The notes beneath the pieces are model-generated. The model did not search any database. It saw nothing but the letters and a program-made list of their open reading frames with translations, and was not told the DNA's origin. Below, piece by piece: positions 7,151-18,995 of a stretch of DNA of 64,000 nucleotides. Numbering within the stretch: position 1 is the stretch's first letter; each line of letters starts with the position of its first letter. Made by a program: the position numbers and the translations under genes. The DNA comes from an uncultured Verrucomicrobiota bacterium (GTDB lineage Bacteria > Verrucomicrobiota > Verrucomicrobiia > Palsa-1439): NCBI GenBank assembly GCA_964533295.1, contig CAZHLM010000001.1, positions 112,498 through 176,497 of the forward strand, written 5' to 3'.

Positions 7151-9793
7151 ATGGCTGCACAAATCAAATCTCTCAGCCTGCCTGTTCAGGGCATGTCATG
7201 CGCTTCGTGCGTTTCACATGTGGAGGGCGCGCTCAAGGAACTGCCCGGCGTTGAAAGCGTGGTCGTCAACCTGGGCACCAACAAGGCTGCGCTCAATTTT
7301 GATCCGACCCGGGTCACCCTGACCGACCTGGCCCGCGCGGTCGACGAGGTGGGATATCGGGTGCCGACCTCTGAACTGGCGCTAGACGTGCGCGGCATGA
7401 CCTGCGCCTCGTGCGTGGCCCATGTCGAAGGGGCGCTGAAGGGGGTCGAAGGGGTCACCGGGGCAGTCGTGAACCTGGGTCTGGGCACGGCCCGCGTCAC
7501 CTACATCCCCGGCCTGGTCTCGATCAACGCCATGAAGCGGGCCGTGCGCGAGGTCGGCTACGAAGCCCAGGAGCGAAGCGAAGGCGTCGACGCGCTCGAC
7601 CGCGAGCGGCAGGCGCGCGAGGCCGAGATCCGGCGCCAGGGCCGCAACCTGCTCATCGCCGGGCTGGTTGGCCTGGTCGTCATGATCGGCACTTTCTACG
7701 ACATGCTTGGCCCCCTTAAGGTGTTGGTGCCGGCGTGGCTGGCCCAGAAGTGGGTCATCGGCCTGCTGACCACGCCCATCGTCTTCGGCCCCGGTCTGCA
7801 GTTCTTCGTCAACTCTTGGCGAGGGCTTAGGCACGGCGTGACCGACATGAACCTGCTGTACGCCACCGGCATTGGCGCCGCCTACGGCATCGCCGTCATC
7901 AACACCCTCTTCCCGGAGGCCGGCTTCGGGGGTGAGGGGGCCACCTTCTTCGAGAGCGCCGCCCTGCTGACGGCCTTCATCATCCTCGGCCGCTGGCTGG
8001 AGGCCCTCACCCGCGGGCGCACGTCCGAGGCCATCCGCAAGCTCATGAAGCTTCAGCCCAAGATCGCGCGCGTCGTCCGGGATGGAAAAGAACTGGAGAT
8101 CCCGGCGGAGGAGGTCGAGATCCACGACTTGATCCTGGTCCGCCCGGGCGAAGGCATCCCCGTGGACGGCCAGGTCGTCGACGGCTATTCCGCCGTCGAT
8201 GAGTCGATGCTGACCGGCGAGAGCCTGCCGGTGGAGAAGAAGGCCGGCGACCTCGTCATCGGCGGGACGCTCAATAAGACCGGCGCATTCCGCTTCTCGG
8301 CGACCCGCGTGGGCAAAGAGACGGCCCTGGCCCAGATCATCAAGCTGGTGGAGGACGCCCAGGCCAGCAAGGCGCCGATCCAGAAGCTGGCGGACTGGGT
8401 GGCCGGGCACTTCATCCTGGGCGTTCACGTGCTGGCGGTGCTGGTCTTCGTCTTCTGGTTCTTCTACGGCTTTGGGCGCTTCTTCGACCCGAATTCCAGC
8501 TTCATCCTCTCACCCTACAAGCTGGGCGAGATCGGCGTGTTCGGGTTCTCGCTCCTGCTGTCGGTGACGGTGCTGGTGATCTCCTGCCCGTGCGCCGTCG
8601 GCCTGGCCACCCCGAGCGCGATCATGGCTGGCGCCGGCAAGGCCGCCGAGCACGGCGTGCTCTTCAAGGGCGCCGAGGCCATCGAGAACGCCAGCAAGCT
8701 GCAGGTGATCGTCTTTGACAAGACCGGGACCCTCACCCAGGGCCAGCCGAGCGTGACGGATGTCGTGGTCAGTGATCAGTGGGCAGGGGTCAGTAACTCT
8801 GATCACTCTCCACTACCCACTGACCACCTGCTCCGCTACGCGGCCAGCGCCGAGAAGCACAGCGAGCATCCGCTGGGCGAGGCCATCCTCAAAGGAGCGG
8901 AGGCACGCGGCCTGACGCTGCCCACGCCCGAACAGTTCATTTCGATCCCCGGGCATGGCGTCGAGGCCCGAATTGAAGGCCGCGCCGTTCTGCTGGGCAA
9001 CCGCAAGCTGATGCGCGAGCGCGGCGTGGACTTCGGCGCGTTGCTGACGAGGGCGGAGGCACTGGAGGCCGATGGCAAGACGGCCATGTTCCTGGCCGTG
9101 GACGGCGCGCCGGCCGGCCTGATCGCCGTGGCCGACACGCTCAAGGAGTACTCGGCCGAGGCGGTTGCGCACCTGCACCGGCTGGGCATCCAGGTGGCCA
9201 TGATCACGGGTGACAACGCCCGCACCGCGCAGGCGATCGCCCGGCAGGTGGGCATCGACCGGGTGCTGGCGGAAGTCCTGCCCCAGGACAAGGCCGAAGA
9301 AGTCAAGAAGCTCCAAGCCGCCCCCGCTGGAAAGCGCGGGGCAGGCGGCCACAAGGTGGCCATGGTCGGGGATGGCGTCAACGATGCGCCGGCCCTGGCC
9401 CAGGCCGATGTCGGCCTGGCCATCGGCTCCGGGACCGACGTGGCCAAGGAAACCGGCGACGTCATCCTGATCAAGGACGACATCCGCGACGTGGTCGTGG
9501 CCCTGGAAGTGGCCCAGGCCACCATGCGCAAGGTCAAGCAGAACCTGTTCTGGGCCTTCGTCTACAACCTGCTGGGCATCCCGCTGGGGGCCGGGCTGTT
9601 CTACCCCTTCGTGTCGCTGATCATCAGCCCGGAGCTGGCCGGCCTGATGATGGCCGTCAGCTCGGTCTCGGTCACCCTGAACACGTTACTCCTCAAGCGC
9701 TTCCGGCCATCCATCCGCCGCGACGATGCGCCCTGGCCAGGCCCCCGCCAGGCACACCCAGGCCTGGCGCCGGCGCCAGCCAGCGGCGACTGA
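7151..9793 (+). CDS. copA: copper-translocating P1B-type ATPase with two N-terminal HMA domains
   Basis: two GMSCASC/GMTCASC HMA motifs, CPC TM motif ([11 protein letters not shown]), [21 protein letters not shown], MxxSS; AAGGA ribosome-binding site before the ATG at 7151. Confidence 0.9.
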   Translation: MAAQIKSLSLPVQGMSCASCVSHVEGALKELPGVESVVVNLGTNKAALNFDPTRVTLTDLARAVDEVGYRVPTSELALDVRGMTCASCVAHVEGALKGVEGVTGAVVNLGLGTARVTYIPGLVSINAMKRAVREVGYEAQERSEGVDALDRERQAREAEIRRQGRNLLIAGLVGLVVMIGTFYDMLGPLKVLVPAWLAQKWVIGLLTTPIVFGPGLQFFVNSWRGLRHGVTDMNLLYATGIGAAYGIAVINTLFPEAGFGGEGATFFESAALLTAFIILGRWLEALTRGRTSEAIRKLMKLQPKIARVVRDGKELEIPAEEVEIHDLILVRPGEGIPVDGQVVDGYSAVDESMLTGESLPVEKKAGDLVIGGTLNKTGAFRFSATRVGKETALAQIIKLVEDAQASKAPIQKLADWVAGHFILGVHVLAVLVFVFWFFYGFGRFFDPNSSFILSPYKLGEIGVFGFSLLLSVTVLVISCPCAVGLATPSAIMAGAGKAAEHGVLFKGAEAIENASKLQVIVFDKTGTLTQGQPSVTDVVVSDQWAGVSNSDHSPLPTDHLLRYAASAEKHSEHPLGEAILKGAEARGLTLPTPEQFISIPGHGVEARIEGRAVLLGNRKLMRERGVDFGALLTRAEALEADGKTAMFLAVDGAPAGLIAVADTLKEYSAEAVAHLHRLGIQVAMITGDNARTAQAIARQVGIDRVLAEVLPQDKAEEVKKLQAAPAGKRGAGGHKVAMVGDGVNDAPALAQADVGLAIGSGTDVAKETGDVILIKDDIRDVVVALEVAQATMRKVKQNLFWAFVYNLLGIPLGAGLFYPFVSLIISPELAGLMMAVSSVSVTLNTLLLKRFRPSIRRDDAPWPGPRQAHPGLAPAPASGD
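8765..8827. repeat. palindromic mini-element (terminal inverted repeats GTGGTCAGTG / CACTGACCAC) inserted in frame within copA1
   Basis: sequence gtggtcagtgatcagtggg ... cccactgaccac adds about 10 aa ([19 protein letters not shown]) between DKTGT and SEHP compared with the copA3 paralog. Confidence 0.6.
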
Positions 9794-9830
9794 CGCCGGA
9801 CTCACCCATGTACAAGGAGCTAGGCTCCCG

Positions 9831-10955
9831 ATGAAACGCGTTGTAATCTTTTCCTTCATTGCGGTCCTGGCGATCCTGATATCCGCCTGCAGCGGCCCCG
9901 CCGTGGTGGCGCCGGCAACCCAGGCCGCGCCAGTCGCGCCCACCATGGATCCCAACATGCCTGGCATGGACATGGGAGAGGGGCAGACGTCCACATTGGA
10001 GCCAAATTTGGACGAGATGCCGGGTGCCGGCATGGACGTCATGACCATGGAGGCCCCCATCCCCAGCCTGGGCGTACCGCCGGCGACCGAGACGGAGGGC
10101 GGCCAACCGCTGGCGTACACGCTGGACGGCGACGTGAAAGTCTTCCAGCTGACGGCCCAGCCGGTGCGCTGGAACATCCTCCGGGACGTCGTGGTGACCG
10201 CCTGGACTTACAACGGCACCGTGCCCGGGCCCATGATCCGGGTCAGCGAGGGCGACCAAGTCCGCGTCATCGTGAAGAATGAATTGCCGGAGGCGACCAG
10301 CATCCACTGGCACGGCCTGCCGGTGCCCAACGCCATGGACGGCGTGCCGCCGTTCACGCAGCCGGCCATTGAACCGGGCGAGACCTTTACGTATGAGTTC
10401 ACGGCGGCGCCGGCCGGCACGTTCATGTACCACTCCCACGTGGCCACGGACAAGCAAATCCCGGTGGGCCTGTACGCGCCGCTGGTGATCGAGCCCAAGG
10501 ACCCGCCCACGGACCCGCCCGCCGTCGACGAAGTTCTGATGCTGGGGGAATGGACGATTGGCCCGGACGGCGAGACCTATCCTTCCATGCCGATGGCCGG
10601 GGCCGAGCCGAACTACTTCACCGTCAACGGCAAGGCCTTCCCCGAGACCAAGCCGGTCACGGTCAGAGTGGGTGACGTGGTCCGTCTGCGCCTGGCCGCC
10701 ATTGGCCAGTTCACGCACCCCATGCACCTGCACGGCCAGTTCTTCAAGATCGTGGCGACGGATGGCAACCCGGTGCCCGAGGCCGCGCAGCTGACGAAGG
10801 ACACCGTCGCCGTCAATCCGGGCGAGCGCTACGACATCGAGTTCACGGCCACGAGCCCGGGGACGTGGGTCCTGCACTGCCACGTCCTGCATCACGTCAC
10901 CAACAACGACGTCGAGCCGGGCGGGCTGATTTACGTGATCAACGTCCAGCCTTAA
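9831..10955 (+). CDS. multicopper oxidase with Met-rich N-terminal region
   Basis: lipoprotein-like signal; HWHG, YHSH, HPMHLHG and HCHVLHH copper-ligand motifs; MDPNMPGMDMGEG / MPGAGMDVMTMEA Met-rich stretch; AAGGAG ribosome-binding site. Confidence 0.85.
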   Translation: MKRVVIFSFIAVLAILISACSGPAVVAPATQAAPVAPTMDPNMPGMDMGEGQTSTLEPNLDEMPGAGMDVMTMEAPIPSLGVPPATETEGGQPLAYTLDGDVKVFQLTAQPVRWNILRDVVVTAWTYNGTVPGPMIRVSEGDQVRVIVKNELPEATSIHWHGLPVPNAMDGVPPFTQPAIEPGETFTYEFTAAPAGTFMYHSHVATDKQIPVGLYAPLVIEPKDPPTDPPAVDEVLMLGEWTIGPDGETYPSMPMAGAEPNYFTVNGKAFPETKPVTVRVGDVVRLRLAAIGQFTHPMHLHGQFFKIVATDGNPVPEAAQLTKDTVAVNPGERYDIEFTATSPGTWVLHCHVLHHVTNNDVEPGGLIYVINVQP

Positions 10956-11023
10956 TCCAGGCTGTCTGACTTCCCGGAGGCTCCGCAGTCGGGGCTTCTG
11001 GGGCAACTGAAGGAGAGGCCCAC

Positions 11024-11245
11024 ATGGAACACGAGCAGGTCGAGAAAGACGTGGCGCGCCGGAGCGCCCTGATTTACCTGCCGATCTCGATCGGCGCCGC
11101 GCTGCTGTTTCTGCTGGCAGCCAGCCTGAGCGGTGACTACCCGAGCGTGGCCCGGTTCGGCGGCGCGGTCTGGGTGGGGCTGCTCAGCCTGATCGTCACG
11201 ATGCCGGTCGTCACGGCGCGCATCAAAAAGGCAGCCCGGCACTGA
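11024..11245 (+). CDS. small membrane protein, hypothetical
   Basis: 73 aa, two predicted TM helices. Confidence 0.3.
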   Translation: MEHEQVEKDVARRSALIYLPISIGAALLFLLAASLSGDYPSVARFGGAVWVGLLSLIVTMPVVTARIKKAARH

Positions 11246-11293
11246 GAGCAGCGGGTTGGCCCGGCCGGAATTTTTGGAGAAAGGAGGACTGCC

Positions 11294-11500
11294 GTGAGAC
11301 AGCGCTTCAGTCGTCATTCCGATGAGATGCTGCTGGCATTCGCCGTCTGGCTGTGCAGCCTGCCGCTGGTGGCAATCGTCATCCTTCCCCTCTTCGGCCT
11401 GAAAGTCGCGGCCATCGCGGCGCTCGTCTTGTTCCTGATCTTGCTGGCGGTCTGCTGGGGCGTTTGCGGGTGGCAGGCCGTCACCAGTCGGAGGCGTTGA
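11294..11500 (+). CDS. small membrane protein, hypothetical
   Basis: 68 aa, two hydrophobic helices; GGAGG-like ribosome-binding site upstream. Confidence 0.3.
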   Translation: MRQRFSRHSDEMLLAFAVWLCSLPLVAIVILPLFGLKVAAIAALVLFLILLAVCWGVCGWQAVTSRRR

Positions 11501-11502
11501 GG

Positions 11503-12546
11503 GTGCTCGGCGCGGTGTCACGGAGTGTTCTTCCTGAAGTCGTCAGCGACGAGCGCGCACTGATCGCTCATCTGAGCGAGGCCGTCGGGAGAGCCGGGAT
11601 CCAGGTGGACGCAGTTCCGCTGATCAACTACTACGTGGCGTTGAAGTCAAAGCCGCTGACGATCCTGGCCGGCCCGGCGGACAGCGGCAAGATCGCGGTG
11701 GCCGAAAGCCTGGGCCACCTCTTGACCGGGGGCGCCAGGCTGCAATACCAGCGGCTGGTCGGCCACCCCTGGTGGGCGAGCCAGAGTGAGAGTGTGGCGC
11801 TCTGCACCACGGCCCAGTCGCAGCTCAACGCCAGCAAAATCCTGGCGCTGGCCGAAGAGGCGATACAACCCGAGAACGGCAGCCGGGTCTATCTCGCTTG
11901 TCTGGCCCGCATCAGCCCGGCAGAGGTGGTGGGATTGCTGGAGGAAATTGCGCTGCAATTCCGGGCCGGCAGACTCGTGAGCCTGTCTGGTCTCTCCCTA
12001 GTCAACCCGATCCGCTTCCCGGCTAACCTGTGGCTGACGGCGACGGTGGATACAGACCGATCTGGCTGGGCCAGCGCCCAAACGTTTTCGCACGCCACGG
12101 CGGTCTATTGGCCGGCCGTCGCCTCCAGGTCTGGCGAGCTCAGGCGACCCGCCTCACAACTCGTTGGGGCTGAGCAGTTATTCCTCCGCGCCTGCATCCG
12201 GGATACGCGTGCGGCCCGGCGAAAGCTCCGCCGTGTCCTGGGCGCCTGGCCGGCCGCCTTTTCCGCGCTGGCACAGGTCACGGCAGTCTTGAGAAACATC
12301 CGGGAGGGCATCGCCTCGTTTCTTGGCGACGTGCTTGTGTTCCTGGCGAATGCCTGGACGAACACCGGGCATGGGCTGTTCGACGCCGCGCCAAAAGGCA
12401 ATCTGGCGATTGCCACCGACCTGGCTCTGGCGCAATTGCTCCTGCCGCGGCTGACCTTGAGCCCTTCCCTGCGCCGTCAGCTTCGCAGCCTGCTGGTGGG
12501 TAGCCAGTACTCGATTGCGGCCGCTGCGCTGGAGAGTTTTAGCTAA
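11503..12546 (+). CDS. P-loop (Walker A-like AGPADSGK) protein of unknown function
   Basis: GTG start immediately after the upstream stop; LTILAGPADSGKIAV motif; no further family assignment possible. Confidence 0.35.
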   Translation: MLGAVSRSVLPEVVSDERALIAHLSEAVGRAGIQVDAVPLINYYVALKSKPLTILAGPADSGKIAVAESLGHLLTGGARLQYQRLVGHPWWASQSESVALCTTAQSQLNASKILALAEEAIQPENGSRVYLACLARISPAEVVGLLEEIALQFRAGRLVSLSGLSLVNPIRFPANLWLTATVDTDRSGWASAQTFSHATAVYWPAVASRSGELRRPASQLVGAEQLFLRACIRDTRAARRKLRRVLGAWPAAFSALAQVTAVLRNIREGIASFLGDVLVFLANAWTNTGHGLFDAAPKGNLAIATDLALAQLLLPRLTLSPSLRRQLRSLLVGSQYSIAAAALESFS

Positions 12547-12607
12547 CGGAGACGCAGGGCTGACCATGCGGTTCGCCGTCCCGTTCACGCCCAAAAGGTT
12601 ATTTGAC

Positions 12608-13405
12608 ATGATCACAATCAGCATTGACCCGGTTCTCTTCAGTATCGGCCATTTCATGGTGCGCTGGTACAGTCTCATCGTCGTCGGGGCCATTGGCGTT
12701 GGCGTCTGGCTGGCAGCGCGCGAGGCCGGGCGCAAGGGCTTTAAGATGGATGAGATCTATGACGCCGCGCTGGGGGTCGTCCTGGGCGGCCTGCTCGGCG
12801 CGCGGCTCTTCCACGTGCTCGACCACTGGCCGCACGAGTACGCGGCGGACCCAGTTCGGGCGCTGTATGTGTGGGAGGGCGGGCTGGCGATCTGGGGCGG
12901 CGTGGCCGGCGGCCTGCTCGCCGTCGCCTGGCTGGCCTGGCGCCGGGGCTGGCCCCTGCCGCGCCTGCTCGATGCGGTGGCGCCGGGCCTGGTCCTGGCG
13001 CAGGCGGTCGGCCGCCTGGCCTGCATCATCACGGGCGATGCGATGGGTAAGCCCACGACCGGGCCATTCGGATTTGCGTACACCAGCCCGAACGCCATGG
13101 TGCCTCAGCTGGGCGTGTATTACACCCCGACGCCGGTGTATGAGATCGTCGTCAACCTGGGCATCTTCGCCGTCCTCTGGCAACTGCGCAAGAAAGGCTG
13201 GCCCGATGGTTTGCTCTTCCTCCTCTATGTGGTGCTATATAGCCTGGAACGGTTCCTGCTGGCCTTTACCAGTTCCTACCAGGTGATCGCGTTCGGGCTG
13301 ACTCAGTCCCAGATCGTCGCGCTGATCGCCCTGGCTGCTGCTCTGCCGCTCATCACCTGGATCCTGGCCCGCACGAGCCGATCCAGCCGAGCGCACGCCG
13401 GTTGA
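12608..13405 (+). CDS. lgt: prolipoprotein diacylglyceryl transferase
   Basis: FSIGHFMVRWYSLIVVGAIGVG N-terminus, GARLFHVLDHW and WEGGLAIWGG motifs characteristic of Lgt. Confidence 0.8.
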   Translation: MITISIDPVLFSIGHFMVRWYSLIVVGAIGVGVWLAAREAGRKGFKMDEIYDAALGVVLGGLLGARLFHVLDHWPHEYAADPVRALYVWEGGLAIWGGVAGGLLAVAWLAWRRGWPLPRLLDAVAPGLVLAQAVGRLACIITGDAMGKPTTGPFGFAYTSPNAMVPQLGVYYTPTPVYEIVVNLGIFAVLWQLRKKGWPDGLLFLLYVVLYSLERFLLAFTSSYQVIAFGLTQSQIVALIALAAALPLITWILARTSRSSRAHAG

Positions 13406-13498
13406 TTGACGGGCTTCACACGGTTTTCGGGAAGGCTTCACAAGTTCTTCACATGGCTCGGCTAGGGTAACGCATAGAAAGGATCTTCGGAGGTCAAC

Positions 13499-13870
13499 AT
13501 GAGCAAAGGTCTGCAATGGGTCCTCGGCGTCAGCGCCGTTCTGATCGTCGTCGCGGTCGTTGCTTCGACCGTCCTGCCATTCTTCTTCCATCAGACCGCC
13601 TGGGGCGGGTGGCAGGGGATGATGGGCCCAGGCCACATGTTCGGAGGTGCTCCTATGATGGGTGGTTTCGGAATGCCGTTCTTCGGTCTGGGGATGCTGC
13701 TGGGGCCGCTGCTGTTCGTCGGCCTGATCGTGCTCGGCGTCGTCTGGCTGGTCCGTGCGGTGGCGCCGCAGTCTCCGCCGCCCGCTCCTGTCGGCGTGAC
13801 CTGCGCCCACTGCGGCAAGCCGCTCCAGGCCGGCTGGAAGGCCTGTCCCTACTGCGGCGAGAAGGTCTGA
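13499..13870 (+). CDS. membrane protein with Met/Gly-rich periplasmic loop and C-terminal CxxC...CxxC zinc ribbon
   Basis: GMMGPGHMFGGAPMMGGFGMPFFG segment; CAHCGKPLQAGWKACPYCG; sits directly upstream of the two-component pair. Confidence 0.5.
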   Translation: MSKGLQWVLGVSAVLIVVAVVASTVLPFFFHQTAWGGWQGMMGPGHMFGGAPMMGGFGMPFFGLGMLLGPLLFVGLIVLGVVWLVRAVAPQSPPPAPVGVTCAHCGKPLQAGWKACPYCGEKV

Positions 13871-13938
13871 GCGAGGTCTCTTCTCCACAGACGAGCCGGA
13901 GCAAAGCCGCTCCGGCTCGTTTGATATACACTTCCAGT

Positions 13939-14619
13939 ATGGCCCAGACCATCCTCGTCGTGGACGACGAAGCCCAGATCGTGAAGGTCTTGCGCGGCTA
14001 CCTGGAGCAGGCCGGCTTCCGCGTGGTCACGGCCAGTGATGGGCCGACCGCCCTGGCCCAGGCCAAACGCGAAAAGCCGGACCTGGTACTCCTGGACCTG
14101 AGCCTCCCAGGGTTAGACGGCCTCGACGTCGCCCGGCGCCTGCGGGCCACATCCAACGTGTCCATCATCATGGTGACGGCGCGGGTCGAGGAGTCCGACC
14201 GCCTGGTCGGGCTGGAACTGGGTGCCGATGACTACGTCGTCAAGCCCTTCAGCCCGCGCGAGGTGGTGGCCCGCGTGCGAGCCGTGCTCCGGCGGACAGA
14301 AGCGCCGAGCGTCCCACAGATCATCCGGGCGGCCGACATCACCATCGACCTGACGCGGCACACGGTCGCCCGCAGCGATGACTCCATTGAGCTGACGCCG
14401 ACGGAGTTCGATCTGTTGGTTACGCTGGCGCGCGAGCCGGGCCGCGTTTTCACCCGCATGCAGTTGCTCGACGCCGCCCAGGGTGAGGCGTTTGAGGGCT
14501 ACGAGCGCACCGTGGACGCCCACATCAAGAACCTGCGCGCCAAGCTCGAACGTGATCCCAGGCAGCCCGAGTACGTCGTGACCGTGTTCGGCGTGGGTTA
14601 CAAGTTCGCAGACGGCTGA
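13939..14619 (+). CDS. OmpR/PhoB-family response regulator
   Basis: receiver domain (ILVVDDE, LVLLDLSLPGLDG) and winged-helix C-terminus (VFGVGYKF). Confidence 0.85.
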   Translation: MAQTILVVDDEAQIVKVLRGYLEQAGFRVVTASDGPTALAQAKREKPDLVLLDLSLPGLDGLDVARRLRATSNVSIIMVTARVEESDRLVGLELGADDYVVKPFSPREVVARVRAVLRRTEAPSVPQIIRAADITIDLTRHTVARSDDSIELTPTEFDLLVTLAREPGRVFTRMQLLDAAQGEAFEGYERTVDAHIKNLRAKLERDPRQPEYVVTVFGVGYKFADG

Positions 14620-14691
14620 GAGCGGTCACGGGCCACGAGTACGGTCTTCACCCTCCGCGATCAGCCATCAGCCATTCGCGATCAACCAGCC

Positions 14692-16095
14692 ATGCGTCTC
14701 TTCGCCAAGCTCTTGCTCTCTTTCCTGGCCGTTGTCCTGGTAGGCGTGGCCGTGGTGTCGCTGCTGGCCAACCAGGCGGCGGCCAGCGAGGTGCACAGCT
14801 TCATGTTCCAGGGCGGCATGACGAGCGACGCCGGCCTGGCGCAGGAGTTGGCAGGCTACTATCGTGGTCGTGGCTCCTGGGAGGGCGTCCAGACACTGGT
14901 GAGCGCCGGTCTGGGGATGGGCGGCATGGCGGGGATGATGGGCCAGCAGCTCCTCGTCGCCGATGCGCGCGGCCAGGTCGTGGCCGACTCCGCCGGCCAG
15001 CGCGTAGGCCAGACCCTGAGCCAGGCCGAACTGTCAGGCGGCACCGCCATCGTCGTCGACGGCCAGCGCGCCGGCACGCTCGTCGCCGTGGGCGGCATGG
15101 GGATGGGCGAGATCAGGGGTGGCCCGGGGCAGGCTGACAGCGCCACGAACGATCTGTTAGGGCGCGTCAACCGGGCCATCTGGCTGGCGGCACTGGCGGC
15201 GGGCGGCGCTGCTCTCGTGGTCGGCGGCATTTTGGCCTATGGCCTCGTTCGACCGATCCGGCGCCTCATGGCTGCGACGGCCGTCATCGCCCGCGGCGAC
15301 CTGGCCCAGCGTGTCCCGGTCACGTCTCAAGATGAAATCGGCGACCTGGCGGCCGCGTTCAACGCGATGGCGGCCGACCTGCAGAAGGCTGAGCGCCTGC
15401 GGCAGGACATGATCGCGGATATTGCCCATGAGCTGCGCAACCCCCTGGCGGCCCTGCAAGGCAGCCTGGAAGCGGTGGTCGACGGGGTGCTGCCGCCCAC
15501 CCAAGAGACCCTGGCGCCGCTGCTCGATCAGACGCAATTGCTCGCGCGGCTGGTGAGCGACCTGCGCACGCTGGCCCTTGCCGACGCCGGGCAACTGCCT
15601 CTGGATCGCCTCTCCATGAACCCCGCGGATCTGGTCCGGTCGGTGGTCGCCCAATTCACGCCCCAGGCTCAAGCCAAGCACCTCACCCTGCGCGCCGATA
15701 TTCCTGTCAGCCTGCCGACCCTCTCGCTCGATCCCCAACGCATCGCCCAGGTCCTCGGCAACCTGCTCGGCAATGCCATTCGTCACACGCCCGCAGGGGG
15801 AGTGATCAGTGTTCAGGGTTCAGTATCCAGTGAGCGCCCGGAAATCACTCTGAACACTGGGCACTATTTACGGATCACTGTTACTGACACCGGCTCCGGT
15901 ATCCCGCCTGAGGCTGTGCCGCATGTCTTCGACCGCTTCTATCGCGTCGACCGCGGGCGCTCGCGCAGCGAAGGCGGGACCGGCCTCGGCCTGGCCATCG
16001 CCAAACAACTGGTGCAGGCGCACGGCGGGCACATCTGGGTGACCAGCCAGCCCGGCCAGGGCACGCAAGTTTCGTTTACCCTGCCTCTCAACTGA
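14692..16095 (+). CDS. sensor histidine kinase (periplasmic Met/Gly-rich sensor, HAMP, HisKA, HATPase)
   Basis: IADIAHELRNPLAAL H-box, DTGSGIP and GGTGLGLAI G-boxes; sensor loop with GMGGMAGMMGQQ. Confidence 0.85.
   Translation: MRLFAKLLLSFLAVVLVGVAVVSLLANQAAASEVHSFMFQGGMTSDAGLAQELAGYYRGRGSWEGVQTLVSAGLGMGGMAGMMGQQLLVADARGQVVADSAGQRVGQTLSQAELSGGTAIVVDGQRAGTLVAVGGMGMGEIRGGPGQADSATNDLLGRVNRAIWLAALAAGGAALVVGGILAYGLVRPIRRLMAATAVIARGDLAQRVPVTSQDEIGDLAAAFNAMAADLQKAERLRQDMIADIAHELRNPLAALQGSLEAVVDGVLPPTQETLAPLLDQTQLLARLVSDLRTLALADAGQLPLDRLSMNPADLVRSVVAQFTPQAQAKHLTLRADIPVSLPTLSLDPQRIAQVLGNLLGNAIRHTPAGGVISVQGSVSSERPEITLNTGHYLRITVTDTGSGIPPEAVPHVFDRFYRVDRGRSRSEGGTGLGLAIAKQLVQAHGGHIWVTSQPGQGTQVSFTLPLN
15802..15890. 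repeat. palindromic mini-element of the CAGTGA/TCACTG family inserted in frame within the kinase ATP-binding domain
   Basis: gtgatcagtgttcagggttcag ... actctgaacactg ... cactgttactgacac; stem cagtgttcagggt pairs with actctgaacactg; encodes ISVQGSVSSERPEITLNTGHYLRITVTD. Confidence 0.55.
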
Positions 16096-16165
16096 TCCAC
16101 TCCGCCTTCAACGGCCAAAATCATAAGCCATTTCGCCTGTTCCACACTAGGTCGATTAGCGCTTT

Positions 16166-16220
16166 CCAAATGCCCGCCGGTGGATACACTTCTATGTGTG
16201 CCTAGTAGTTGGGCATTTGG
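16166..16220. promoter_or_regulatory. 10-bp perfect inverted repeat CCAAATGCCC ... GGGCATTTGG flanking a 35-nt lower-GC spacer upstream of copA2
   Basis: read directly; lies 24-78 nt upstream of the copA2 start. Confidence 0.3.
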
Positions 16221-16243
16221 ATTCTGAGAGAAAGGCTCATCTT

Positions 16244-18925
<2,682 letters not shown>

Positions 18926-18975
18926 TCATGGGTAATTGGTGATTGGTGATGGTTGATTGAAGACCGCAATCAACC
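18926..18975. repeat. tandem heptamer (TGATTGG) tract plus hairpin GGTTGATTG-aagaccg-CAATCAACC immediately after the copA2 stop
   Basis: read directly; a related ATCAGCC/ATCAACC tract at 14650-14691 precedes the kinase start. Confidence 0.4.
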
Positions 18976-18995
18976 ATCAGCCATGGAGAGATGCT

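Noticed and set aside
7382-8428. Long antisense ORFs inside copA1, the multicopper oxidase gene, UbiB and the FAD oxidoreductase gene (for example 7382-8428, 9693-11006, 25330-26667 and 27065-28228, all minus strand)
   Set aside because: High GC content gives long open frames on the opposite strand of real genes. The translations are low-complexity (Arg/Gly/Ala/Pro-rich) with no motifs, whereas the sense-strand genes have clear family signatures.
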